From the sequence record PV400810.1: 64,000 nucleotides of DNA, one strand, 5' to 3'. The position numbers were made by a program, and so were the translations under genes. Each line of letters opens with the position of its first letter. The first letter of the stretch is position 1. Below the pieces are notes generated by a model. That model worked only from the letters and a program-made list of their open reading frames with translations. It had not been told where the DNA came from and searched no databases. Positions 35,700 to 46,680 of this stretch are shown here, piece after piece. The DNA comes from Pseudomonas phage vB_PaeM_GXNNA8.

Positions 35700-38570
35700 T
35701 TAATCAATGATGTCACGTCGGGTAAAGAAGGTGTTAACCCCCAAGTTCCCGTCATCCACAAAGGTGGGAATAGCCGTACCCCGACGGGTAGAACTCACCA
35801 CATGACCACCCATCACGATGTACGAATGATCGATGGTAAGAATCCCGTTCGTTGCAATCCCAAAGAGGACTTCCGAGTTATTGACCTCTCGGCGTACGGG
35901 AGACCCCAACCCTACCAACGCATCCCCTTGGCGTACCAAATAACAGTACGTCGTTCCGGTAGGGTTGACCTTAATGGGGTATTCCTTATCCAGGATATAC
36001 GCACGACCCCTTATAACCACCCTGGATCGAGCAGGGATGCTCACCCAGCCGCTTTCATTTACGTCGTACGGATCCACCACCCCCGCTCCGCCGACCTCCA
36101 ACAGATTCGTGGAGTAGCCGGTGTTAGCAGGGTCGTACTGGTAGATTCCCTTCCGAGGGATCAAGACAGGTGGGTGAACTTCGTTCACCGTATCAAAGGG
36201 TGATGACGCCGTATACAGTTTCGCTGGATTGACCCGTCCTACGGTGTAGGTGGGTGTAAACGGGTAATCCGTGATTTTGAAACTGATATCCCCGTAGAGG
36301 TCCCCAAAGGGTCGACTGACCACAACCGCCCATTCATACCGTTGGGTTTCAATCACTTGGACATCCACGTAGGTCATCCACGGGTTATCACCGGAATGGG
36401 AATAGCGGTACGCGCCCGGTACGACCATACCTGCTGGGGTAACCGGTTTAGTAACGAAGCCCGTAGCGGAGGGGAAGTTCAGCCTAAAGACCCCACCACT
36501 CACCGTATACGGAACCACAGCAGCCTCTGCGTAACACATCCCATCGGTAATCACGACCAACGCGAAGTTATCCGCGACAGCAAAGACGTTGATCACACTT
36601 TCCCTGAGGGCGTTGTTGACTTGAGGGTTCGCGATGGCTGCACGAGCCAGAATACCCCCACTGGCGGCTTGCAGGGTAATCAAGCTGGTTGGGGAGAGTT
36701 TGACCTCAGCGCCCAACTGGACTCGTCCATTCGCCAGGGCGATTGAAGCATACCCGGTATACTGGTTATCCGGTGTGAAACACAGGGCGTTGATACTGAC
36801 TCCATCCACCAGCAGGCTAGCAAACGACGCCATAGCTCTAGGGATACGGGTCAACTCCCGATTAATAATCCCAACATCCGCTGGAACAATACCGAACTTA
36901 TTCCCAGTGGTTACACCCACAATGGAGGTGTTCGACCAGGTCAACTCACTCCACTCATACAACCCGGTTTCACTGTCAACGGAATAAGCCAGATACCGCG
37001 TGGTACCAGCGGTGTGTTCAATGGGGAATAAGCGATCAGGAACCGGCCCAAACGGGCTATGGCGTGACGGAGGATAAAACTCTGTACGAACTTCATCCAT
37101 CCCCACTTCAGCCCGTTCTCCCAACACCCATTCCCTCAAGCCTTTATGGGGGGTGGTAAATCGCTTAACCCGTAGACCGTTCTTCGTGGCGACCGCTTTA
37201 ACCACTTCCCCTGACTTCAGAACGACCCCGGGATACCAGGTCGGATTATTGAAATCCCAGGTGTTCGCGTACCGCAGCCATTTAGCATCGGCGGTGGGTA
37301 GCATATTCGGTTGAATAATGTCCTTGGCCAAATTACCCAGTTGGGTAAAGGTTGCCGTCCCTCCATTCTCCAAGGTACCCGGGGCAATGGATTCCACGAA
37401 GGAGAGGTTATACGGTCGGCGAATACCCCCTTGGACCACATTCACCGGAATAACGACAAAGAGGTAGATTTCCCGGTCTTGAATGTTCCAGAAGAGGGCT
37501 GTGGTGGGTTGCAGTCCTCCATTCATCTCCAGGGTCTGACCTGCACTCAGGGTCACAAAGTCATTAATGTCGTACGAATGACTCCCGTTAGCCGGTCCGG
37601 TATACGGTGCCTTATTGATTTGAGTAAACCGGGCGGTGTACGACGCAGTCACCTGCTCCACCAAAGTGGGATCGGTTTCCAGGAAGTTCACGTTGAAGAA
37701 ATAGTGCTTTAGGGTCAGAACCGTACCGACTCGGTCCCAGCTAATCCCCAGCCCTTTATACACCGCCGTGCTATACCCTTGATACAGCAGGAAGTTCGCA
37801 TTACTGGGGGTTAATGGGAGGGTGTTCTTGAACTCGTAGATCTTCTTCTCAGCCAGGGGTTTAAAGAAGGCTACTTTGCCCGAACTGGTAAACCCTCCTA
37901 CCGCATTCCAATTCCGTCCAGTGTAATACGCGTTGAGGTTCTGAATCTCCGAGAACTGTGTTCCCCCTGCGTTCGCCAGAGAACCAGACAGGAAGGCTGT
38001 GTACCGTTGGTAACGAGACGGATCGGTAACCGGAGACAACACCAGACGGTCATTGTTGATCATCATCCCGACATTCAGAGAGTACCCAAAATAACGAATG
38101 GGTTGAATCACTGTTGGAGCAACCACCGGGTATTCATCCGGGTTGTAGAACGACGAGAATTGGAACACGTCATTGGGTTGATAATCCGCACCGTTATAAC
38201 CGACGTTGTTGGTTACAACCGCAGCGCGAGCACCGTGAGGGGTCACATACGCCAACACAGGCGTTAGAGACTGTTGTTCCGCCAGGGTAGCCGTCCGGTA
38301 GTTGTCCTTAAGACCCAATCCAATCGTCAGTTTGGTTTCACCGTGGACCGCCCCCCGGGAATTGATGTGGGCGTCAATGGGGACAATGGCTTGGTTAATG
38401 AAATCATTCAGGTTTGCGTTGAACAACCGGATCTTTTCTTTAGTCCCCTCATTGTAGCTGTGAACACACGCTTCCAGTTTGTAGGTCATCTCATTGAGCT
38501 TGGAGATCACTCCACCGAACCTGGGTTCAGGGTTTTCGATGAAAGGGGGTTCCCCGCCAAGGATAATCAT
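35700..38570 (-). CDS. tail-fibre family protein (956 aa)
   Basis: N-terminal fibre motif HINSRGAVHGETKLTIGLGLKDNYRTATLAEQ (H..H..TK..GLG..N type). Long beta-rich body. Confidence 0.7.
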   Translation of the reverse strand: MIILGGEPPFIENPEPRFGGVISKLNEMTYKLEACVHSYNEGTKEKIRLFNANLNDFINQAIVPIDAHINSRGAVHGETKLTIGLGLKDNYRTATLAEQQSLTPVLAYVTPHGARAAVVTNNVGYNGADYQPNDVFQFSSFYNPDEYPVVAPTVIQPIRYFGYSLNVGMMINNDRLVLSPVTDPSRYQRYTAFLSGSLANAGGTQFSEIQNLNAYYTGRNWNAVGGFTSSGKVAFFKPLAEKKIYEFKNTLPLTPSNANFLLYQGYSTAVYKGLGISWDRVGTVLTLKHYFFNVNFLETDPTLVEQVTASYTARFTQINKAPYTGPANGSHSYDINDFVTLSAGQTLEMNGGLQPTTALFWNIQDREIYLFVVIPVNVVQGGIRRPYNLSFVESIAPGTLENGGTATFTQLGNLAKDIIQPNMLPTADAKWLRYANTWDFNNPTWYPGVVLKSGEVVKAVATKNGLRVKRFTTPHKGLREWVLGERAEVGMDEVRTEFYPPSRHSPFGPVPDRLFPIEHTAGTTRYLAYSVDSETGLYEWSELTWSNTSIVGVTTGNKFGIVPADVGIINRELTRIPRAMASFASLLVDGVSINALCFTPDNQYTGYASIALANGRVQLGAEVKLSPTSLITLQAASGGILARAAIANPQVNNALRESVINVFAVADNFALVVITDGMCYAEAAVVPYTVSGGVFRLNFPSATGFVTKPVTPAGMVVPGAYRYSHSGDNPWMTYVDVQVIETQRYEWAVVVSRPFGDLYGDISFKITDYPFTPTYTVGRVNPAKLYTASSPFDTVNEVHPPVLIPRKGIYQYDPANTGYSTNLLEVGGAGVVDPYDVNESGWVSIPARSRVVIRGRAYILDKEYPIKVNPTGTTYCYLVRQGDALVGLGSPVRREVNNSEVLFGIATNGILTIDHSYIVMGGHVVSSTRRGTAIPTFVDDGNLGVNTFFTRRDIID

Positions 38571-38593
38571 AAAGCTACTCCATTTAAAAGATC

Positions 38594-38614
38594 AGGGGGA
38601 GGTTTACTCCCCCT
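38594..38614 (-). terminator. hairpin after the 1193-aa fibre gene
   Basis: agggggag-gttta-ctccccct. Confidence 0.45.
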
Positions 38615-38619
38615 TTACC

Positions 38620-41600
38620 TTAAGGTAAAAGTTCCGAGGCTTTCAAGAAGCTAAACGTACCTTCATCCTGCGGTAAACCAGAACTCACCGGAATAATCCC
38701 TCCCGTCCGTGTGTAACTTAATAGGAACTCACCGATGGTAAAGACTTTCTGCCGGGTAATACTGGCGATCTGGTTGGTGTTCGTCACGGCGGTTGCGACA
38801 TGCAGCAACTCACTGGAACGCCGCAGTTTAACATCGGAGACAATATACCGCCCTTCCGACTCTTCAACCGTCGCATAGATGTAGAACGTTTTGTTACGAG
38901 GATTCGAGGACACATTCCTCAAGTCGATAGACCCACCGGGCATTTTGTACACGGTACCGTTGATCATCATCTCGACTTCTTCTTGGAAGAAAATCGTCCA
39001 ACCCACTTCCGGGTAACAGGAACCAATCAGATACGTGTTCGCTCCGATCTTCCCTACATACCCCGCACCGCCAGTGTCCTCAAAGACGTAGCCTTGCTGT
39101 TGGGTAATTAACCCGGCTTTAGGAATGGCGTGGTTCTGCACGCACCACGCCGCGGACATTCCTTCCCCGTTGTTAAAAGGTGTAACACTGGAGAATTTCT
39201 GAGTGGTCTTATTAAGGCTGAAAGTCAGGACTGCTTTGTTGAACCCCAAGGCGTCGCCTCGGACGTTGTACAACGACGAAATACGCCCGGAGAGGGTATT
39301 CGTTGCTTCATCCACATAAAGCGACACTTGAGGACACGCCACAACATCCGCTTCTGTGTCACTCCACTCATCCCCAGCCCCACTGTTGTTCACCGTGGTG
39401 ATAAATGCGGTTTGATCAAGAATCGTAAGGTCATCAATCGGGTAGACCCCCGAGACTGGATTACCAATCACCGGTGCACAGGCCAACAGTTTACTCTTGA
39501 CCACATACCGACCCCCTTCGATGTCCCGGGTATGAACCAACACCAGCACGTAGTTCATCCGACTGAACCCTTTACCACTGACGGGATTGATCACCATCAA
39601 CTCAACCGCCCATTTCTCCCTGAGGGTATCGGGGATCAACTGGATCAGTTTATCCATGACGTTACGCTTAACACCCCAATGGCTTTCACCCTTCAGAGTA
39701 AAGGTTTGATCCCCAGCGTCCATTACCCGACTGAAGGTCCTAGGGCAGGATAACACGATCCCATTTCCTTTAGGGGCTTTAAAGGTAAACTCCCGAGGGC
39801 ATGTGGTATCGGATTCAACCCCTGAGGCCAGGTCGTCGAAATGGTTCATTCCCATTACAGAGAAACAACTGTTCCCCATTTCAATCCCTTCAGCGGTCAG
39901 GAACGCTGCACTCCCGGTTACACTGATCAGGGAAGTATTACGATCTAACCGGTTCTCGTACACCTCCGCACTGATCGGTCGAGCCGATAAGGTGGGGTAG
40001 TTGCTGTTGGTAATCCCAGGACGGACGGCGTATTCACCGCTGACCTTCCGGTAAAAAAACGACCGATTATTGTCCACAGCGCTGTCTGCCCAGAAATACT
40101 CCCCGGCAAGTTCATACCCCACTGCACTGACTCGCCCCCCGTTCTTGATAGGGTAACTGGGTGTTTCCCATTTTCCCACCCCCGAGAAGTTCGCATTGTC
40201 TGCGTGCATGTAATCCCGCAGCATCCCACTGGCGGTTACATTAGGGTTTTTGTTGAACTGCAAGCGACTAAACAACCCCGGGAAGGAGACCCTCAAGCCT
40301 AGACGTGACATCCCAACAATCACCTTATTCTCCAACAGGAGGTGACTGGAGTGATCAGAGATGTTGAAGAAGACGTCACTAATGCCTGCATAATGCACAG
40401 AGGCCGTTGAATTTTTGCTGATGATCTTGCTCAGATCAACGGTCTGTACGGGGGGTTGTTTAACCACTACGAAGGTCGCGGTTTCAGGGTTGAAATCGTA
40501 ACTGCAATCGATGTACACCCCGGTTACACGGTCCACCCCGTTGATGTTCCCAGTAAAGAACATCATCCCGAAGTAATGCATGGAACAATATTGAGGTCCT
40601 ATGTCACTGGTTTCAGAGAAGAACATCAGGGGACGTCGTTGGGATCCCTTAACCCCTTTCTTGGCCTTATAAGGCGCAAAGGTAATGGGGCCGTAGGTAC
40701 TGAATTCACCGTCTGGAGGAGCAGGGGTGAACTCAATGTAGTCAACATTGCTCTGTAAGGCCCCTGGGACGTTCGTCAGTGAGACTTTAACCCGACTGAA
40801 GGTAAGAGGCTGCCCATTCTTAATCGCGCTGAGAGGGGCCCTGTAGGCCCGTGTACGGCTATGCCCCCAACCACCCCATTGACCTTCAGTTATAGCTGTC
40901 ACAAACAAGTAGACCCAATTACCCAACGTGTGTATTTGACTCCACTCCGTTAGGCGAACCGACGTCCCCAGATCTTGGATAGCCAAATCAATGTTACACT
41001 TCACAAACACATGCGCGGAAGGATCCAGTGTGCCATTGGTCAGCGCCGCGTACACCTGGTTCGTCCCATCCCGGGTTACCATGATGATAGTCCGACCACT
41101 CCCTGTAAAGACCCGGTTAGGTACGAAGCCAATGGCCGTTAACGACGGGGGTTGGTATTTATACCCGGTGAAGGAAACGTCAGGATTCAGACTCAAATGA
41201 TTCCGAACCACGGTGTAATACAACCCTTCCGTCCGTCCGTCGTAATGAGCCCGAATAAAGACCAGGTTATCATTCAGTTCCAATACCGCTGCGCAGTCAG
41301 GAGTAACACCCCCTAACCCTTCAAACGAACCACTAATACCCGGAGGGATATAATCCGTTCCTCCAAATCGACTAATGGCAATAATCCCTGAACGCATGGA
41401 AGCCGACGTATCCGGTGTATACCCCCTGACCAGTTCCTTAACACCCAGCGTGGTACTGAAGAGGTTATCAGCCGTACCCGCCTTATCCTGTTCGGGAGTA
41501 GCTGTAGCAAAGTTATCCAGATTGCCCAGGTTAAGGTTGGTCTTCGTTTGGAGGTGAGGGGCGTTGTAATTCTTGTCGTGTTCGACAAGACGACGCATCT

Positions 41601-42201
41601 GGGCGTCACGGAAGTTCCTGAGCTTCGTAAACGCCTCATTGATCACAACTTCCGATTGATCCTCTAGCTCTGGATCTCGGCTCCGGTAAATGTTCGCCAT
41701 GGTGTCCAGGAAGAACGTCAGCTCATACCAATCCCCAATTTCGGTATCGGCTTTATGCAAATGGTATTCGGGAGGCAGAGTGGGTGGAACACCGAAGACC
41801 TTCTCCCACTCAATGGGAATCTTCCCTTCCCGCATTTTTTCCAGCCATTCATCCAGGTTATTACGCGGTACGAACCACGCCCCAATGGTTTGGTAGTCTC
41901 CGGTAACGAAAGCGTTGTTCTGACGAATACTCTCACTTAACCGAATGAAACAACAAACATTCCGACCGCTGATCTCACAGAACGGGATAAAGGCTTCCTC
42001 CAACCAGTAATCCCGGTTGAGGGTCATCTCAGCACCCCGTTCGTCATACAGCGTGAACAGGCCAGGTTCAGCAAAGAACGGGGACCCATTCGGGATCAAC
42101 CAAGGACAGGTCTTATCCTTGATCAGCATTTTCTCCCCGGTGATCTTATTCTCCGGGCGCGTTCCACGAATATCAAATTGAACGATTTTAAACGGATCCA
42201 T
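38620..42201 (-). CDS. tail-fibre family protein (1193 aa); paralogue of 42257..45811
   Basis: End-to-end similarity to the neighbouring gene. Conserved blocks: PFFAEPGLFTLY, PEYHLHK, LQTKTNLNLGNLDNFATAT, IPPGISGSFEGLGG, and a shared C-terminus ...SSGLPQDEGTFSFLKASELLP. Confidence 0.75.
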   Translation of the reverse strand: MDPFKIVQFDIRGTRPENKITGEKMLIKDKTCPWLIPNGSPFFAEPGLFTLYDERGAEMTLNRDYWLEEAFIPFCEISGRNVCCFIRLSESIRQNNAFVTGDYQTIGAWFVPRNNLDEWLEKMREGKIPIEWEKVFGVPPTLPPEYHLHKADTEIGDWYELTFFLDTMANIYRSRDPELEDQSEVVINEAFTKLRNFRDAQMRRLVEHDKNYNAPHLQTKTNLNLGNLDNFATATPEQDKAGTADNLFSTTLGVKELVRGYTPDTSASMRSGIIAISRFGGTDYIPPGISGSFEGLGGVTPDCAAVLELNDNLVFIRAHYDGRTEGLYYTVVRNHLSLNPDVSFTGYKYQPPSLTAIGFVPNRVFTGSGRTIIMVTRDGTNQVYAALTNGTLDPSAHVFVKCNIDLAIQDLGTSVRLTEWSQIHTLGNWVYLFVTAITEGQWGGWGHSRTRAYRAPLSAIKNGQPLTFSRVKVSLTNVPGALQSNVDYIEFTPAPPDGEFSTYGPITFAPYKAKKGVKGSQRRPLMFFSETSDIGPQYCSMHYFGMMFFTGNINGVDRVTGVYIDCSYDFNPETATFVVVKQPPVQTVDLSKIISKNSTASVHYAGISDVFFNISDHSSHLLLENKVIVGMSRLGLRVSFPGLFSRLQFNKNPNVTASGMLRDYMHADNANFSGVGKWETPSYPIKNGGRVSAVGYELAGEYFWADSAVDNNRSFFYRKVSGEYAVRPGITNSNYPTLSARPISAEVYENRLDRNTSLISVTGSAAFLTAEGIEMGNSCFSVMGMNHFDDLASGVESDTTCPREFTFKAPKGNGIVLSCPRTFSRVMDAGDQTFTLKGESHWGVKRNVMDKLIQLIPDTLREKWAVELMVINPVSGKGFSRMNYVLVLVHTRDIEGGRYVVKSKLLACAPVIGNPVSGVYPIDDLTILDQTAFITTVNNSGAGDEWSDTEADVVACPQVSLYVDEATNTLSGRISSLYNVRGDALGFNKAVLTFSLNKTTQKFSSVTPFNNGEGMSAAWCVQNHAIPKAGLITQQQGYVFEDTGGAGYVGKIGANTYLIGSCYPEVGWTIFFQEEVEMMINGTVYKMPGGSIDLRNVSSNPRNKTFYIYATVEESEGRYIVSDVKLRRSSELLHVATAVTNTNQIASITRQKVFTIGEFLLSYTRTGGIIPVSSGLPQDEGTFSFLKASELLP

Positions 42202-42218
42202 GGACTAAACCTTGAAAA

Positions 42219-42252
42219 GAAGGAGGGAGGGGGGTTAACCCTCTCCCTCCTT
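42219..42252 (-). terminator. hairpin after the 1184-aa fibre gene
   Basis: aggagggagggg-ggttaa-ccctctccctcctt. Confidence 0.45.
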
Positions 42253-42256
42253 GGGT

Positions 42257-45200
42257 TTACGGAAGCATTTCAGAAGAACGTAACCACGGGAGTTGACCTT
42301 CAGCATTCACCAAGCCTGACGACGCCGGGATGCAGTTCCCCCGTTTCGTCTCGGAGATCCGGTTCCCGTTAATCGTAAAGACATTAAACCGTTCAATGGT
42401 GAGGATCTGACGGTCATTCGTAACGGCTCGTCCGACCCACACAATAAACGGTGTCTCAGCTCGTTTCTCCAAAGTCACTTCGTAGCTCGCATTCCCGTTC
42501 TTAAGAACTGCGTACAAATAGAACGTCTTATTAGCGGGATTAGGGACTATTGCCGACAAATCCACGGAGATGGTCTTCAACGTGTAGTTCTGTCCGTTGA
42601 AGACCACCCTGAGTTCCGATTGGAAGAACAAGTACCAACCGGTAGCGGGGTAAACCGATCCCAACAAGGGGTTATTCACCGACCCTTCAAAGATCGTAGC
42701 GGCTCCCCCAGTGGAAACGTTGTACGCCATTTGGTTAGCTACCCCGTTATCCGGCGTAACGGTCTTGTGGTTAGCACCCCCACTTTGACCGGTAATACCA
42801 GGTATACATTCAGTCCACCGTTTCGTACTACGGTTCGTATACCGGAACGTCCCAAACGAGGTGAGTGAGTCTCCTGGACCTGCTGCAATGACCCCACTGT
42901 CAATAAAGCCTTCCAACTCGGTGGCACTCTTGAGGTAATACCCTACCCTCATCGCTCCCCCACCCGATGTGTTAGCTCCCCCGCCCAGGAAAGCATCCCA
43001 ACTCGCAGGTGTCAACCCAGTAGCACCCTGCGGATGGACACCATGCACCACATCCAGCACAGTATAATCACTGACCACTCGGGCATTGACGGGTCCGGTA
43101 TAAACCGGGTCGATGACCAAGATTGTCCAGTGACGAGACGTGGTGCCAGGTTCTCCGTAGTTGATGATCATTATCACCGGTAACCAACCGAACTTATCGG
43201 TCAGGAAACCAGTGGGATCACACAGCCCGATAAACATCGCGGGGGAGTTTCTACAGGCAGTCGGATTGGCGACATGGTTTACAAACCGAGCTGTAATGGA
43301 CGATGGGTAGAGAATAGTCCCCGTAGGTACCATGGTCATCGAACCATCCGGATTGATCTGCTGGGTATGTCCTGACATAACCTTGATGTCTTGAGGAAGA
43401 TTACCAGCGGGCCATTCCCCTTCTGCTTTCGACAGGTCTAGGTTCACTTTCTGCGTTCCCATACAGAAGGTGAATTCCCCCAAGTCTGTGTTGTACTGAT
43501 CCAACAGGTTAGAAGGAACTGTCACATAAGCTCCACCCACCTGAGGAGGTCCTTCCACTCGGAAGACCGCGTTACTCAGAGGACGAGAAACAACCTTGTT
43601 GAAGAAGAGGTTAGAGACTTCAGGACGCTCCGCTAACTTCCCAGGGGACTGCCGGTACCACAGTTGGTTGGTAATAACACTCGGTAGGGTATTGGTCCCC
43701 GCGGTATACACGTCCCCTCCATTACCCAACAAGAAGGAACGCGGTTTGATCGAGGAAGCAATCGGGCTGGTAATTTTCTCCGCAATGAGTTGCTGGTTTT
43801 CAATATCCCCTAAGTCGGTCATCCACGTCCGGTTCATGACGTCATACCGGGACTTGAACGACCTGGGTACTACGTAGAAGGCTGACCGGGGGAACGACTG
43901 ATAGGCACCATAGGACGCCACAATCGTCCCATCATCCAGCACTTCCATGCCTTGTTCCGAATCGTTGAACACCAATTGGTTAAGGCGGCGGTTTTTTGGG
44001 TCGCCAGAGGACGGAATGTTCAGGAAATCGATTTCCCTTCGAGGTGTTTGATGGAGGAGGGTCATCACACCGGTTTCAGGGTCCATCTCATACACCATCT
44101 CTAGCGGGAGGTCCCAGGTACCTATTACTCCAGGAACCACGTACCGCCCCCACCAGGCCGCCATAAAGCGTACCAGGTATTTACCCGGCTTGTTCGGAAT
44201 AGGGCACACCGCCGTTGGCTGAGAACGGTAAATCCCCGTAAAGGCGAGGTTACTGCTTTGTTTAAAGGTAAAGTAATACCGTTCCCAGGTATCATTGTTA
44301 TTCACCCGCCGATACCCCTGAGGGGTACACCACCGGAAGAACGGTGCGTTATTCCATTGAACACCGTCACCGTCTTTAAAGGTGGGGCGCACCAACGTAG
44401 CGGTTACCGGGATCTGGGCGTTGACATCACTGGTTCTAACCCGGTACAGGTACCGATACCGGTAATCCGTTACACCATCAGCTTGTTCTCCATTCTCCAC
44501 GTTGTGGGCGTGGAAGATGTAGATCCAGTTCCCCAGATACGCCACGCTCAAACTTCTGAACCAAGTATTCCAGGAGAAGTTCGGATTGCCATTCCAGGGA
44601 GCCTTTAGCGCATCCAGGTTAATGGGGGTGAGAATGTGTTTAGTGGGATCCAAGGTACCATTGGTCAACCCAATGTAAAACAAGTTCTTGCGAATATCCC
44701 CCAGCATAATGACTTCACGTCCACTCCCTTGGACAATCCGATCACATTCCGCATTATCCGCTAAGAGCAGAGGGTGGGAATAGCGGTAACTGGTATAGAC
44801 TAACCGGGGGTTGGTATAGGGATCTTCCAGAACCGAGTAATACAGTCCGTCAATACGACCATCCATTCGGTTAGACAGAAAGACGATGCTGCCATCTGCT
44901 TCCATGGTAATGGCTGCACATTCACTCTTACCCCCCAAGCCTTCAAAGGATCCATCAATAGACGGGGGAATGAAGTTCGTGTTACCGAATTGAGCAATGG
45001 GAAGTTTACCGTTCTCAATGAAGTCCTTGGGATTAAAGCCATAGTGGTCAATAATGGCTTGAAGTCCCGATACCGTGAGGTGACGGTCACGTCTACCTTC
45101 CAAGGCACCGGAAGCGGTAGCGGTGGGGAAGTTGTCTACTTTCTCCAATCCCACTTGCAAGGCCGTCAGTCCGTGGCTGTTATAACTCGCTTTATGACGA

Positions 45201-45811
45201 GCCAAGAAATCAGCCAGTGACTTCTTGTAAATCCCCAGGTAATGATTGAACAGTTCAAACGCATGGTCAATCTTAATCTGAAGGTACGGTTTCCCATGCG
45301 TTTCAACCGCGTCAGAGATCATCCCCAAGACTTCAACAAAGTCACCAAAGGCCATGATGTCGTAGAGTAGGCTGTGAGTATGCCACTCCGGTGGGAAGAC
45401 CACGGGTTTGTTCTTGATGTTCTCCCACCAGACCGGACGGTCATCTTCAGAGGCGGCAATCACCATGTGGAGCAGGGTGGTATCAAACAGGCTGAATTCC
45501 CCTACCACATCGTAATCCAACTTCCCTTCGGTAATCGTAGGGTCCAGCAGTTCGATCATACACGCAACTTTCTGAGCGGTGAGTTCCGTCAACCGAGGCA
45601 TCAAGCGATAAATACGGTACTGGGACTCGTCCATGGGTTGACCGTTCGGGAACGTCACTTTCAGGCTGTCTACAAAGAACGGACTGTGGATAGGCACAAT
45701 AATCCGGGACCAGATTCCTGGATCGACTTTAAACGGTTCACCTCGAATTTGGTTCTCCAGGTTATTGTGAACAATATCGGTTTTGTATTCCCGGACGATT
45801 GGAAAATGCAT
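42257..45811 (-). CDS. tail-fibre family protein (1184 aa)
   Basis: PEWHTHSLLYD, TALQVGLEKVDNFPTATASG, IPPSIDGSFEGLGG. C-terminus ...SSGLVNAEGQLPWLRSSEMLP. Confidence 0.75.
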   Translation of the reverse strand: MHFPIVREYKTDIVHNNLENQIRGEPFKVDPGIWSRIIVPIHSPFFVDSLKVTFPNGQPMDESQYRIYRLMPRLTELTAQKVACMIELLDPTITEGKLDYDVVGEFSLFDTTLLHMVIAASEDDRPVWWENIKNKPVVFPPEWHTHSLLYDIMAFGDFVEVLGMISDAVETHGKPYLQIKIDHAFELFNHYLGIYKKSLADFLARHKASYNSHGLTALQVGLEKVDNFPTATASGALEGRRDRHLTVSGLQAIIDHYGFNPKDFIENGKLPIAQFGNTNFIPPSIDGSFEGLGGKSECAAITMEADGSIVFLSNRMDGRIDGLYYSVLEDPYTNPRLVYTSYRYSHPLLLADNAECDRIVQGSGREVIMLGDIRKNLFYIGLTNGTLDPTKHILTPINLDALKAPWNGNPNFSWNTWFRSLSVAYLGNWIYIFHAHNVENGEQADGVTDYRYRYLYRVRTSDVNAQIPVTATLVRPTFKDGDGVQWNNAPFFRWCTPQGYRRVNNNDTWERYYFTFKQSSNLAFTGIYRSQPTAVCPIPNKPGKYLVRFMAAWWGRYVVPGVIGTWDLPLEMVYEMDPETGVMTLLHQTPRREIDFLNIPSSGDPKNRRLNQLVFNDSEQGMEVLDDGTIVASYGAYQSFPRSAFYVVPRSFKSRYDVMNRTWMTDLGDIENQQLIAEKITSPIASSIKPRSFLLGNGGDVYTAGTNTLPSVITNQLWYRQSPGKLAERPEVSNLFFNKVVSRPLSNAVFRVEGPPQVGGAYVTVPSNLLDQYNTDLGEFTFCMGTQKVNLDLSKAEGEWPAGNLPQDIKVMSGHTQQINPDGSMTMVPTGTILYPSSITARFVNHVANPTACRNSPAMFIGLCDPTGFLTDKFGWLPVIMIINYGEPGTTSRHWTILVIDPVYTGPVNARVVSDYTVLDVVHGVHPQGATGLTPASWDAFLGGGANTSGGGAMRVGYYLKSATELEGFIDSGVIAAGPGDSLTSFGTFRYTNRSTKRWTECIPGITGQSGGANHKTVTPDNGVANQMAYNVSTGGAATIFEGSVNNPLLGSVYPATGWYLFFQSELRVVFNGQNYTLKTISVDLSAIVPNPANKTFYLYAVLKNGNASYEVTLEKRAETPFIVWVGRAVTNDRQILTIERFNVFTINGNRISETKRGNCIPASSGLVNAEGQLPWLRSSEMLP

Positions 45812-45821
45812 AACCGGCTCC

Positions 45822-46565
45822 TTAATTAAGGTTCAGCGTACCCGCAGCCAGTCGACGGAGGGCTTCCTTCATAACGGCTACAGTGACGACGAGGTTGTCC
45901 GAATTGCCCGTGATATCATTGACCGTGGCTTTGCCCAAGTTCTCTACATTGTCGAGACCCAGCATTCCCTTATCCGCCCTGTGGGCTTGCGCCAAGTCAG
46001 CCGCTAGGTGTTGTTCCAACAGGGTCTTCAAGGTCGTTGGGGAATCGGAGGTGGTTTGGGTAACCGCTAAGATCAGATCACGCAGGTAATCCATCATCTG
46101 AGCAAAATCATAGACCTGGGCAGCCGGCTGTTCATGAGGATCCGAAGGGAACTCGGTCGGGACATTGACCAGGTTCTCCCAGAGGGCTTCCCGGGGGCTG
46201 TTAATGATGTTGGCTACCAAGGTAGCGTACGCCACATCATCCAACACGAACGGTCCACCAATGGTGTCATATTCCCCCATCAGGACCACTTCAACCGGTT
46301 TCAGCAGAATCACGGAACTGTACACGTTCTTCTGATAGGTCTTAATAAACCGTTGGAAAGGATGACCAAAGATGAAGTCTTGTCCCGGAAGGAGTGGTTG
46401 GTTACTCCCTTGACGGTACAGTTTGAAGTTGTGGGCAAAGAAAGGAGCCGCACGGGGAACGAACTCGACGCGGTTGAGATTACCGGAGGTTTTAATGGTT
46501 TCGTTCGTTACTCTGCAATCTACACGTTCTTGGAAGGGGTTCCAACCATAGACGATGTTCGCCAT
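45822..46565 (-). CDS. short tail-fibre N-terminal-module protein (247 aa)
   Basis: Contains only the shared N-terminal module: PFFAHNFKLY, EYDTIGGPF, EFPSDPHEQPAAQVYDF, GMLGLDNVENLGKATVNDITG. Confidence 0.65.
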   Translation of the reverse strand: MANIVYGWNPFQERVDCRVTNETIKTSGNLNRVEFVPRAAPFFAHNFKLYRQGSNQPLLPGQDFIFGHPFQRFIKTYQKNVYSSVILLKPVEVVLMGEYDTIGGPFVLDDVAYATLVANIINSPREALWENLVNVPTEFPSDPHEQPAAQVYDFAQMMDYLRDLILAVTQTTSDSPTTLKTLLEQHLAADLAQAHRADKGMLGLDNVENLGKATVNDITGNSDNLVVTVAVMKEALRRLAAGTLNLN

Positions 46566-46680
46566 TAGAATTTCTCCAAAGTCAATAAATGAGACATTTT
46601 ATGATTAATCCCCTAGAGAGTATAGTACCCATAGGGCCTGTAGGGTAGATTTCATAGAATCGTTAAGGAGTTGAACCCCT

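Noticed and set aside
46566-46680. Eighth copy of the promoter motif (ctgtagggtagatttcatag)
   Set aside because: Only a loose match (TGTAGG.TAGATTT) to the consensus. Kept out of the family.
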